NCBI GenBank assembly: GCA_023379935.1
Contig: JAMCPD010000018.1
Span: forward strand, 4,567 to 68,566
Origin: Actinomycetota bacterium
Lineage (GTDB): Bacteria; Actinomycetota; Acidimicrobiia; Acidimicrobiales; JAMCPD01
Reading direction: 5' to 3'
Length of the DNA: 64,000 nt
This document shows, in pieces, positions 50,682 to 59,643 of this stretch. The notes under the pieces were generated by a model. That model was not told the origin of the DNA, searched no databases, and was given only the letters and a program-made list of their open reading frames with translations. Position 1 is the first letter of the stretch. Every line of letters begins with the position of its first letter. The position numbers were made by a program, and so were the translations under genes.

Positions 50682-50707
50682 CTGTCAGTGTACTGAGAGA
50701 AAATAAA

Positions 50708-51235
50708 TCATACGACAGAAAATAGCAGAACCAGGACTACAGTCACCAGCAAAATAACCGCGATACCAAGCCATATACCGCCTCGTGAGACCAGGTTGTC
50801 ACCGGGAGCGAGAGGGCGAACAAAGTCGGGGTAGGCTTCACGCGGATTACGGTGCGGCTCGGTAAGTTGTTGAATTTGTCGCCAACTGAGAAAGTTGCCC
50901 AACAAAACCGCAATATTTGAAACAAACGCTATCAACCCCCACCAGCCTGTTTTACAAGTTCCGTCTACCATATCCCTAAATGTGGCTGTAGCACAACTAC
51001 GGCAGTATGGACCTTCTGAGGATCTTATCTCCGGCCAACCAATAAGCCTGTCAAAGAGGAATGTAAACAGATTGTCATAACCGGATCCTACCCATTGCTG
51101 GCTAAAGGTTATCTTTTTAGCGGGAGTCGACCAGCAGTATTTACATTCATTCGGGTTATAAACATGTTCGACAACCGGCTCATATTTGGCACTGTACTCG
51201 GATTGACTGTTCTGCGAATCGCTCATTAAATTCAA
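50708..51235 (-). CDS. Membrane protein with two CxxC pairs, function unknown
   Basis: CKYC ... CRSC, one central and one C-terminal TM segment. Confidence 0.5.
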   Translation of the reverse strand: MNLMSDSQNSQSEYSAKYEPVVEHVYNPNECKYCWSTPAKKITFSQQWVGSGYDNLFTFLFDRLIGWPEIRSSEGPYCRSCATATFRDMVDGTCKTGWWGLIAFVSNIAVLLGNFLSWRQIQQLTEPHRNPREAYPDFVRPLAPGDNLVSRGGIWLGIAVILLVTVVLVLLFSVV

Positions 51236-51265
51236 AATAATACCACAAAGATTGCCGCAATCCGT

Positions 51266-52447
51266 TTGATTGCTGATATATTGTTGACTAAGGACGTGAA
51301 CACAATCTCAACCTCCGATACAACCGATGTCTGCATCATAGGGGCAGGGGTTATAGGTCTATCTTCCGCTTGGCGGCTGAGCAACGCCGGCTTTAGGGTA
51401 TCAATCATTGATCCCGCAATCGGACATGGCGCATCTTGGGTTGCCGCAGGAATGATAGCCCCGGTAACAGAGGCTTACTACGGTGAAGAGTCGTTACTTA
51501 AGTTATCGCTTGTGAGCGCAGACAGTTGGCCTGATTTTGCCGAGGAGTTACAACAGGCAACATCAATGTCGATACAGTACTTACAATCAGGTATCTTAAT
51601 GGTGGGCAAGGACGCTGATGACATGGCTGTAATAAACGAGTTGGCAGAGTTTCAACAGTCTTTGGGACTCCAATCGGAGCGCCTCTCCGCAAGAGAGGTC
51701 CACAAAGCCGAACCCCTACTTGCTTCTGATGTCCAGGGGGGCATACTTACCAAAGTGGATGCACAGGTGGATAACAGGCTATTGGTTCAGGCTCTTGTAT
51801 CAGCATGCAACAGATCCAAAGTCAGCTTTATTCACCAAATGGTACGGGAGATCAAATCCGTCAAGGGTCGTGTTGAGCGTCTTTTACTCCAAGATGGAAC
51901 AGAGATTCTTGCAGACAAGGTCGTATTAGCAGCCGGCAGCTGGTCATCGTCCATTCAAGGTGTACCCAGCGAGCTTTGGGATTTGATACGACCAGTAAAA
52001 GGAGAGATACTGCGCCTAAAGGTTCCGGATCCGCTTAGTGTCCTTTCTCATATCGTACGCGGTGTGGCCAAAGGTGGGGTTATCTATGTAGTGCCTCGTC
52101 AAAGTAGAGAGATAGTAGTTGGTGCCACCACTTATGAAAAGGGGTTTGACACTTCCGTGCAGGCAGAGTCTGTCTATACCCTCCTTCGTGATGCCCGCAT
52201 GCTGGTTCCCTCAGTCTGTCAAGCTCAATTCAACCAGGCAGCAGCAGGTTTTCGTCCCGGGACCCCCGACAACGCTCCAATTGTAGGGAGAACAAGCATT
52301 GAAGGGGTTTTTGTTGCAACGGGGCATTACAGAAGCGGTATTTTGCTCACGCCTTTGAGCGCCATGGCGGTAACGGAACTACTGACTACCGGAACAATAA
52401 ACGGAGCGATGTCGTCCTTTTCACCACAACGATTTGAAAAGCACTAA
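51266..52447 (+). CDS. thiO: Glycine oxidase ThiO-like FAD oxidoreductase
   Basis: VCIIGAGVIGLSSAWRL (GxGxxG) and GHYRSGILLTP. Confidence 0.7.
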   Translation: MIADILLTKDVNTISTSDTTDVCIIGAGVIGLSSAWRLSNAGFRVSIIDPAIGHGASWVAAGMIAPVTEAYYGEESLLKLSLVSADSWPDFAEELQQATSMSIQYLQSGILMVGKDADDMAVINELAEFQQSLGLQSERLSAREVHKAEPLLASDVQGGILTKVDAQVDNRLLVQALVSACNRSKVSFIHQMVREIKSVKGRVERLLLQDGTEILADKVVLAAGSWSSSIQGVPSELWDLIRPVKGEILRLKVPDPLSVLSHIVRGVAKGGVIYVVPRQSREIVVGATTYEKGFDTSVQAESVYTLLRDARMLVPSVCQAQFNQAAAGFRPGTPDNAPIVGRTSIEGVFVATGHYRSGILLTPLSAMAVTELLTTGTINGAMSSFSPQRFEKH

Positions 52448-52513
52448 AAGTGGGTTGATAATTTCCATATCCAAAAACTACGGTAAAAATGTGCTGTGAT
52501 ACACTGGACACTA

Positions 52514-52960
52514 ATGGAAGTTCTGATAGTAAACGGTCCGAATTTAAATACACTCGGAACTCGTGAACCTGATATATACGGTCAAGTTACTTTTTCTGAA
52601 ATTGAAGACTCTCTTTTGGCCGAGGCCGCGCGCCTTGGCGTCAACCTCACGTTTTTTCAGTCAAACTCTGAAGGTGAACTGATTGATAAACTGCAGGAAG
52701 CGGGAGTTGGCGGCACCCAAGGCATTATTATTAATGCCGGAGCACTCACCCATTACAGCTACTCACTTGCCGATGCCGTAAAAGCGCTCAAGATACCCGT
52801 TGTGGAGGTACATATATCCAATATATTCGCACGTGAAGAGTTTCGGCATACTTCAGTTATTGCACCCTTTGTGGCTGGGGTTATAGCTGGATTTGGCCCA
52901 GCGGTTTATAGCTTGGCACTTCAAGCATTGGTCGGCGATATTGGTCAAGACATTGTCTAG
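52514..52960 (+). CDS. aroQ: Type II 3-dehydroquinate dehydratase
   Basis: VNGPNLNTLGTREPDIYG and HISNIFAREEFRH. Confidence 0.9.
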   Translation: MEVLIVNGPNLNTLGTREPDIYGQVTFSEIEDSLLAEAARLGVNLTFFQSNSEGELIDKLQEAGVGGTQGIIINAGALTHYSYSLADAVKALKIPVVEVHISNIFAREEFRHTSVIAPFVAGVIAGFGPAVYSLALQALVGDIGQDIV

Positions 52961-53516
52961 CGCTATTACCCAAGGCAGAGATAATCGTCCGATTGCTCTT
53001 GTCGGCTTCACGGGTGTCGGTAAGTCACAAACAGGTAGGTTTCTCAGTTCAGAGCTTAAGTGCAGTTTCATCGACACAGACAGCTACATACAAAATATGA
53101 CCGGGCGCTTGGTGGATGACTTTTTTGAAAAGGGTAAAGAAGACCTGTTTAGACGATATGAACGGGGAGTTGCCCAACAACTTATACAGTTGAAAAATAC
53201 TGTTATTGCACTTGGTGGAGGGGCGTTTATAGATGATTTCACCAGAAAACTTTTTCTCGCTCGTGCTCTCGTTATCCATCTATATGTACCTTGGGATGAG
53301 TATGAAAAACTGCTGCCGGAGTTGGCAAACTCACGACCAACATTGAAATATAAATCCACTCAGGAAGTGTCCGAACTGTACTCAAACCGCATGCCGTTTT
53401 ATGCCCAGGCTCATATACAACTCACCGTTTTTCCCGCAAACCTATCCAAAACCGTCGACTTGTGCCTGGAGGCGTTAGCAGTTGAGACGGAGAGACCAAA
53501 GGAGGCATTCACATAG
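52941..53516 (+). CDS. aroK: Shikimate kinase
   Basis: GFTGVGKSQTG (P-loop), IDTDSYI and LGGGAF. The start is uncertain: in-frame TTG at 52941 or 52953, whereas the ORF-track start at 52893 overlaps aroQ heavily. Confidence 0.8.
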   Translation: MVKTLSSAITQGRDNRPIALVGFTGVGKSQTGRFLSSELKCSFIDTDSYIQNMTGRLVDDFFEKGKEDLFRRYERGVAQQLIQLKNTVIALGGGAFIDDFTRKLFLARALVIHLYVPWDEYEKLLPELANSRPTLKYKSTQEVSELYSNRMPFYAQAHIQLTVFPANLSKTVDLCLEALAVETERPKEAFT

Positions 53517-54242
53517 ATGTGGTTGGAAATTACACTTGGACTTATAGGGCTTGTTGTCGGGTGGTTCCTGGTTGAACTGATAATAACAGTCCCCGAACGT
53601 AAGATGCCTCACCTCAAGGTGACCCTACGGAATAGTTCCATGCCTTTCCTTAATCAGATACTCATACAACTGTTGACGGCAGCGCTTTTTGTTTCCCTGG
53701 GATTTAGATTTGGTGTGCACTCGGTGGCAACATCAACTGCCTCCTCTATCCTGGTATTGATAGCTTGGTGCGTATTTTTTGCCGGTCTTGTATGCATTAC
53801 CTTTATCGACTTGTCACACCGTATAGTGCCGATTAGAATTTTATACCCAACACTGCTAATCAGCATAATACTCCTTGGCCTGGCCGTAACTCTAGGAGCA
53901 GGTATTCACCCTATTGAAAGAGCTGCTATTAGCGGGCTGGTTGCTTTCGGAGCATTTTTTACAATACACTTTATCTCGCCTTCCGGCATGGGTTTTGGCG
54001 ATGTGCGGCTTGCAGGACTGATCGGTCTTTTTTTGGGGTGGATATCCTTTCCTGTCGCCTTCATTGGCTTTATATTAACTTTTTTCAGCGGTGCACTGAT
54101 TGGAGTGGCATTTATGATCTTTCGCGGCTACTCACGCAAGTCCGCTTTGCCCTTCGCCCCTTTTATGGCACTTGGGGCATTTCTTGCCGTCATGTGGGGT
54201 AAGGAACTGGCTAATATATACCTTCATGCCGGAATAAAGTAG
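53517..54242 (+). CDS. Prepilin peptidase (A24 family)
   Basis: FIDLSHRIVP and GMGFGDVRLAGLIGLFLGW, polytopic. Confidence 0.8.
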   Translation: MWLEITLGLIGLVVGWFLVELIITVPERKMPHLKVTLRNSSMPFLNQILIQLLTAALFVSLGFRFGVHSVATSTASSILVLIAWCVFFAGLVCITFIDLSHRIVPIRILYPTLLISIILLGLAVTLGAGIHPIERAAISGLVAFGAFFTIHFISPSGMGFGDVRLAGLIGLFLGWISFPVAFIGFILTFFSGALIGVAFMIFRGYSRKSALPFAPFMALGAFLAVMWGKELANIYLHAGIK

Positions 54243-54253
54243 AGTTTAATAGT

Positions 54254-55408
54254 ATGTTGCGTTTTTTGACCGCCGGTGAATCTCATGGTCAGGCTTTAGT
54301 GGTTATAATCGAAGGGTTGCCCGCAGGCCTGCCCATAGGTATCGAAGAGATACAAGAAGAGCTTGCCCGCAGGCGCTTGGGCTTTGGTCGCGGACCGCGT
54401 ATGCGTATTGAACGCGATGAGGTTACTATATTGGCAGGCGTGCGTTTTGCGAAGACCTTGGGATCACCCGTAGCCATTGAAATCAAAAACAGTGAATGGC
54501 AAAAGTGGGAAAAAGAGATGTCACCTTTCCCGGGTGTTTCCGCCAATCCTCTCACCAAACCCCGACCGGGCCATGCTGACTTGGCTGGTATGCAAAAATA
54601 CGGTTTTGACGATGCCCGAAATGTACTTGAGCGTGCTTCAGCAAGGGAAACCGCCGCCAGGGTTGTGGCGGGCTGTTTGGCAAAGGCTTTGTGCAAACAG
54701 TTGGACATTCGGATCATAAGCCATGTAGTGGCACTGGGAGATGTTTCATCTGTAAGAGATGCGCTTCCGGTTCCAGATGATTTGGAAAAAATAGATTCTT
54801 CACCTGTGCGTTGCCTAAACAAAGCCGAAGAAGCCAAAATGGTCGCCTTAATCAAAAAAGTAGCAAAAGCTGGCGACTCCCTTGGGGGGGTGGCCGAAAT
54901 ACTAGCATGGGGTGTCCCCGTTGGACTCGGTAGCTACGTTCATTGGGACAGAAAGCTAGACGGGCTGTTGGCAAAGGCCTTGATGAGTATACCTGCGATA
55001 AAGGCCGTAGAGATTGGGGAGGGTATTGAAGTTGCGACTTTAACCGGATCGGTGGCACATGACGCTATCTATATCGACACCGAAACCTTAGCCTATCGCC
55101 GTCGCAGTGCTAAAGCGGGTGGTATTGAGGGAGGAGTTTCAAACGGTGAAGTTATCGTCGCACGGGTATACATGAAACCATTGGCAACCCTCTCCAAGCC
55201 GGTGCTTGAAACGGTTGACACTGCAACAGGTGCGACAACCGTTTCCTTCAAAGAGCGCACAGATGTGACTGCCGTTCCCGCTATGGGAGTAGTCGCCGAG
55301 GCTATGACGGCACTGGTGTTGGCCGGAGAAATAGTGAGAAAATTTGGAGGGGATTCGTTGACAGAGACTTTACACAACTGGGATAACTGGCGTAAAGCAG
55401 TGCATTAA
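54254..55408 (+). CDS. aroC: Chorismate synthase
   Basis: MLRFLTAGESHG, RPGHADL and ERASARETAARV. Confidence 0.95.
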   Translation: MLRFLTAGESHGQALVVIIEGLPAGLPIGIEEIQEELARRRLGFGRGPRMRIERDEVTILAGVRFAKTLGSPVAIEIKNSEWQKWEKEMSPFPGVSANPLTKPRPGHADLAGMQKYGFDDARNVLERASARETAARVVAGCLAKALCKQLDIRIISHVVALGDVSSVRDALPVPDDLEKIDSSPVRCLNKAEEAKMVALIKKVAKAGDSLGGVAEILAWGVPVGLGSYVHWDRKLDGLLAKALMSIPAIKAVEIGEGIEVATLTGSVAHDAIYIDTETLAYRRRSAKAGGIEGGVSNGEVIVARVYMKPLATLSKPVLETVDTATGATTVSFKERTDVTAVPAMGVVAEAMTALVLAGEIVRKFGGDSLTETLHNWDNWRKAVH

Positions 55409-55424
55409 CTATGTCGATAGGGGC

Positions 55425-55766
55425 CTAGCGACTCACAGAAGCTGGGGGGTTGTGAACACGCAAGTGTTCTTCCAGCCGTCCGTCAATGCGCCCTACGGTC
55501 TGAGCAATGCCTGTTATTTCAGAGTGCATACCGTTTAGCTCTTCCCTCAATCCTTTGATATCACCTTTTAGCTCTTCCCTTAATCCTTTGATATCACCTT
55601 TTAGCTCTTCCCTTAATCCTTTGATATCACCTTTTAGCTCTTCCCTCAATCCTTTGATATCACCTTTTAGAGAGCTGGCAAGATTATTATTGCCATAAAA
55701 TATCGCAACTATTACGGCTAAAAAGCCAACCGCTAACATCACTTCATTGAAGTCGAAGCCTTTCAT
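55425..55766 (-). CDS. Small N-terminally anchored protein with four 11-residue repeats (LKGDIKGLREE)
   Basis: 113 aa. TM segment VMLAVGFLAVIVAIFYG, followed by the perfect repeats. Confidence 0.6.
   Translation of the reverse strand: MKGFDFNEVMLAVGFLAVIVAIFYGNNNLASSLKGDIKGLREELKGDIKGLREELKGDIKGLREELKGDIKGLREELNGMHSEITGIAQTVGRIDGRLEEHLRVHNPPASVSR
55535..55670 (-). repeat. 33-bp tandem repeat x4.1
   Basis: Units start at 55535, 55568, 55601 and 55634. They differ only at one synonymous c/t position (outer copies c, inner copies t). Confidence 0.95.
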
Positions 55767-55947
55767 ATGTTCTCCTTTTTTGATTTTAGCACAAACTTTT
55801 CAGCTGTGCTGTTTCCAATTTATAGTAATAATATTATAGATGAGATACTATGAAAATACAAGAAAAGTAATTTAAATATTTTTGTTCCTTGACCTATCAT
55901 TATGTTGTACAAAATATTTTGATGATAAACTGTAAAAGCGAGCATCA

Positions 55948-57135
55948 ATGGATAAAATAGCAACAGTTCCGGTTACCTTATCACCCAATATCATGAAGAA
56001 GCGTTCGTATAATGTAATAGTTGGTACCGGTATAAGGAGTCTGGCTGGAAGCTTGATTGAAAATGAGATTGTGGGTAGGGAAGAAAGCGTACCTTCAAAC
56101 GAAAATTTGGATGGGGGATTGAGCAAAGTTTCTAAAGTAGCAGTGGTAACACAAGGCACGATTCCTGTTGACATTGAAGATTTGAAGTTGCCCGTTCGAC
56201 ACGATCGTTTTTTGGTGCCCGAAGGTGAAGGTGGGAAGTCATTTGAGGTAGTGGAACAGCTGTGTCGAGGGTTTGCTCGTTTTGGTCTCTCACGTAATGA
56301 TATTGTAATAGCGCTGGGTGGGGGAGTGGTATGTGATGTCGGGGGTTTTGCGAGTTCTTGCTATATGCGGGGAGTACGCTTGATCAACATACCTACAACC
56401 TTGCTGTCCCAGGTTGATGCCGCAATTGGAGGAAAAACGGGAGTTAATTTACCGGAAGGAAAGAACTTGGCTGGTGCTTTTTTTCAACCTACTGCTGTTT
56501 TATGCGATACGCAGACTTTAGATACCTTACCTGAAGAACATTGGCGCAACGGGTATGGAGAGATTGCTAAATATATTTTGTTGGGTGCTTTTATCGGCAC
56601 CGAATCGGCGTTAATGGCAGAGCCGGCATTAATGCCCATAGAAGAACAGATAATTGCTTGTGTTTCCTATAAAGCTGGGATTGTCGAGTCGGATGAAACC
56701 GAAGCAGGAAAACGTATGGTTTTAAACTATGGTCATACTTTGGCACACGCTTTGGAAGCAGTAGGTTTCACCGACACTGTGAGTGCAATGTCAACTGGTG
56801 GGATACATGGTGAAAGTAGGGGAGTGTCACACGGTGAAGCCGTTGGAATTGGGTTGGTGTTTGCCGCCCAACTGGCATATCAGCTTGGACGAATTGATTC
56901 TGCACGTCTTGAGTATCATAAGAAAGTTGTAAAGTCACTTAAGTTGCCAACCTCTATCCCACAAGGTATTGATGTTGATGCACTTTTACCCTTTATGTAC
57001 AGAGATAAAAAACTGCGCAAGGGAGCCGAAGAGGATGTTTTGACCTTTGTACTTGACGGCCCTTGTGGCCCTGAACCGGTTTTTGATATTCGACAAGTTG
57101 AAGTGATAAAGGCGTTGCATGAGTTCAATCACTGA
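55948..57135 (+). CDS. aroB: 3-dehydroquinate synthase
   Basis: GGGVVCDVGGFASSCYMRGVRLINIPTTLLSQVDAAIGGKTGVN. Confidence 0.9.
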   Translation: MDKIATVPVTLSPNIMKKRSYNVIVGTGIRSLAGSLIENEIVGREESVPSNENLDGGLSKVSKVAVVTQGTIPVDIEDLKLPVRHDRFLVPEGEGGKSFEVVEQLCRGFARFGLSRNDIVIALGGGVVCDVGGFASSCYMRGVRLINIPTTLLSQVDAAIGGKTGVNLPEGKNLAGAFFQPTAVLCDTQTLDTLPEEHWRNGYGEIAKYILLGAFIGTESALMAEPALMPIEEQIIACVSYKAGIVESDETEAGKRMVLNYGHTLAHALEAVGFTDTVSAMSTGGIHGESRGVSHGEAVGIGLVFAAQLAYQLGRIDSARLEYHKKVVKSLKLPTSIPQGIDVDALLPFMYRDKKLRKGAEEDVLTFVLDGPCGPEPVFDIRQVEVIKALHEFNH

Positions 57136-58327
57136 GTTGTCAGCACTGCCCAGTATTGACACAGGCTCACGCATTGAACGGTTGCGAGACAAACTATCTG
57201 AAGCCGGGTATGACGCTATTTTGATAACGTCGTTAACCAATATCCGTTATCTAACAGGTTTTAGCGGCTCTGCCGCTATGTTGCTGCTCAGTGCTGAAAA
57301 TAGCGGTGTTGATAGCATAGGGGGTAACATTTTCTGCACTGACGGGCGTTATAAACTTCAAGCAAGCCAAGAATTGGAATCACATGGTGTAGGCGGGATA
57401 GAGATAGTAGTTGGCGGGATAGCCGAGCAGATGGATGCATTGTTGAAGTGCGCACCAAAAAAACCGAAAAAAGTTGCGTTGGAAGCTTCTCAAGTTTCTT
57501 GGGAACAACAGCGCAGGTTCGCTAAACGCTTTAGTGGATGCAAGCTCGTACCAAGTCAAGATATTGTAGCTCAACTCCGTATTGTAAAAGACCAAAGCGA
57601 AATAGAACATATGCGACTGGCCGCTCAGATTGCCGATACTGCACTGGCTGATATAAAAAAATTACTTATTGATACGGCTGAAAAGGGTATAAGCGAGATA
57701 GATTTAGCTATAGAGTTGGATTTTTCTATGCGCCGAGGTGGTTCGCAAATGACAGCCTTTGATACCATCGTTGCTTCAGGCGAAAATGCGGCTAAGCCCC
57801 ACGCGCGACCTACTAAAAGAATCATAAGACCTGCTGAATTGGTGATTATTGATTTTGGAGCTGTGGTTGATGGCTATCGCTCAGATATGACAAGGACTTT
57901 GTGCTTGGGAGAACCAAACACAAAAATGGCAAAAAAAGTTCTGGAGATCGTCTCTATGAGCCAACTTGCCGGTTTAGCGGCTATAGCAGCCGGCGAAGCT
58001 GCTTCTACAATTGATGCAGCCTGTAGGGATATAATTGATCAAGCTGGTTGGGGAGAAAATTTTCTTCACGGAACAGGTCATGGCGTAGGGCTTGATATTC
58101 ATGAACAGCCTTTTATCGGAAAAACCTCTAAAGACATACTGCAGGAAGGTTCTGTGGTGACAGTCGAACCGGGAGTTTATCTAGACTCCACAGATGATGG
58201 TTCCGATATTGCAGGCAGTGATACTGATGGTATATACAGTTGTGGTGCCCGCATTGAAGATATGGTTGTGGTCACAAAGAAAGGGTACATCTCTTTGACA
58301 TCGGCTCCAAGGGATGTCTTGTTGTGA
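57119..58327 (+). CDS. pepP: Xaa-Pro aminopeptidase/dipeptidase (M24B)
   Basis: HGTGHGVGLDIHEQP and VTVEPGVY. Overlaps aroB by 17 nt. Confidence 0.85.
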   Translation: MSSITELSALPSIDTGSRIERLRDKLSEAGYDAILITSLTNIRYLTGFSGSAAMLLLSAENSGVDSIGGNIFCTDGRYKLQASQELESHGVGGIEIVVGGIAEQMDALLKCAPKKPKKVALEASQVSWEQQRRFAKRFSGCKLVPSQDIVAQLRIVKDQSEIEHMRLAAQIADTALADIKKLLIDTAEKGISEIDLAIELDFSMRRGGSQMTAFDTIVASGENAAKPHARPTKRIIRPAELVIIDFGAVVDGYRSDMTRTLCLGEPNTKMAKKVLEIVSMSQLAGLAAIAAGEAASTIDAACRDIIDQAGWGENFLHGTGHGVGLDIHEQPFIGKTSKDILQEGSVVTVEPGVYLDSTDDGSDIAGSDTDGIYSCGARIEDMVVVTKKGYISLTSAPRDVLL

Positions 58328-58362
58328 ATAAGTGTCATACCCATACTATATACTCATAACAT

Positions 58363-59643
58363 ATGAAACCGTTTAAGTTTGTGCATACGGCTGACTTACA
58401 TCTGGGTAGTCCTTTTATTGGGATTGGGCAGAAGATAAACGAGGACATTTCCAAAACACTGCGCAACGCTACATTTGATGCTTTTGAAAAGATAGTCAAT
58501 ATTACGATAGAGGAAAAGGCTAATTTTCTCCTTATTGCCGGAGATATTTACGACAGTGATAAGCCAAATTTGAAAGCACAACTTTTTTTTCATGAACAAC
58601 TGCTACGACTGGCAAACGCCGATATTGACAGCTTCATAGTACATGGTAACCATGATCCTCTAGACAGTAAGTTTATCAACGGACTGGAGCAATCAGATCA
58701 TATCCATGAGTTTGGCCGAGAGGTGGAGCTACAACAAAGTAGTGACCAAAATGGTGATCCGATTGCGAATATATACGGAATAAGTCATCCGACAAAAGGC
58801 GTTAGAGAAAACTTGGCAAAAAAATTTAATCGCAGTGATAATCCCGGCGAATGTTTTGCTATTGGTTTGCTTCACTGCAATTTAGGTACTAATACAGGAC
58901 ATGATAACTATGCCCCATGTAACATCGGTGATCTTAAAAATGCAAACATGGACTACTGGGCATTGGGACATATTCATAAAAGCGAAATCCTCAACAGCCA
59001 ATCTCCTCTTGTGATATACCCGGGAACTCCTCAGGCCTTGCACTCAAAAGAACAGGGTAGCCATGGTTGCTATGTTGTTAATGTTGATCTTGAGGGGCGA
59101 CCAAGCCCATCGTTTGTCGCCACTGATGTGGTCAGATGGGAAAAGATATCAGTTTCAATTGATCAGCTTGGAAGTGAAGGTGAAGTTATTTCGGCACTGG
59201 AAACGGCTTGTGAGGACCTGCGGGCAAATGGGGATGATCGCAATGTAATAGGGGAGATAACTCTTGAAGGTCGTGGATATGTACACAAGTTTGTTGCAGA
59301 TTTTAATAAAAGATCTGAACTGAAGGATTCCCTAAACGAAACAGAGGGCAGTAAAAGCCCCTTCGTTTGGATCACCAGCATTGACATACAAACAGGTTTG
59401 CCGTGGGATATTGACACGCTTAGATCTCGTGAGGATTTTGTAGGCGACTTGTTATCTATTGTTGATTCACCGAACACCTTAGCCTCTTTACGAAGTGAGA
59501 TACAACCTGTGTTGGATAAGTGGGGGAAGTATGATATCAAACAGCCGACCGACGATGAGCTTAAAAAATGGCTAACACAAGCACGGGATCTTTTACTTAC
59601 ATATTTGGAAGATAACGTCGAGGAGAATACCGATGCGTATTGA
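58363..59643 (+). CDS. Metallophosphoesterase DNA-repair exonuclease (SbcD/YhaO-like)
   Basis: VHTADLHLGSPF, AGDIYDS, GNHD and GHIH. Confidence 0.8.
   Translation: MKPFKFVHTADLHLGSPFIGIGQKINEDISKTLRNATFDAFEKIVNITIEEKANFLLIAGDIYDSDKPNLKAQLFFHEQLLRLANADIDSFIVHGNHDPLDSKFINGLEQSDHIHEFGREVELQQSSDQNGDPIANIYGISHPTKGVRENLAKKFNRSDNPGECFAIGLLHCNLGTNTGHDNYAPCNIGDLKNANMDYWALGHIHKSEILNSQSPLVIYPGTPQALHSKEQGSHGCYVVNVDLEGRPSPSFVATDVVRWEKISVSIDQLGSEGEVISALETACEDLRANGDDRNVIGEITLEGRGYVHKFVADFNKRSELKDSLNETEGSKSPFVWITSIDIQTGLPWDIDTLRSREDFVGDLLSIVDSPNTLASLRSEIQPVLDKWGKYDIKQPTDDELKKWLTQARDLLLTYLEDNVEENTDAY

Noticed and set aside
55872-56174. 100-aa minus-strand ORF overlapping the aroB start
   Set aside because: It is antisense to a well-supported aroB N-terminus and has no motifs.
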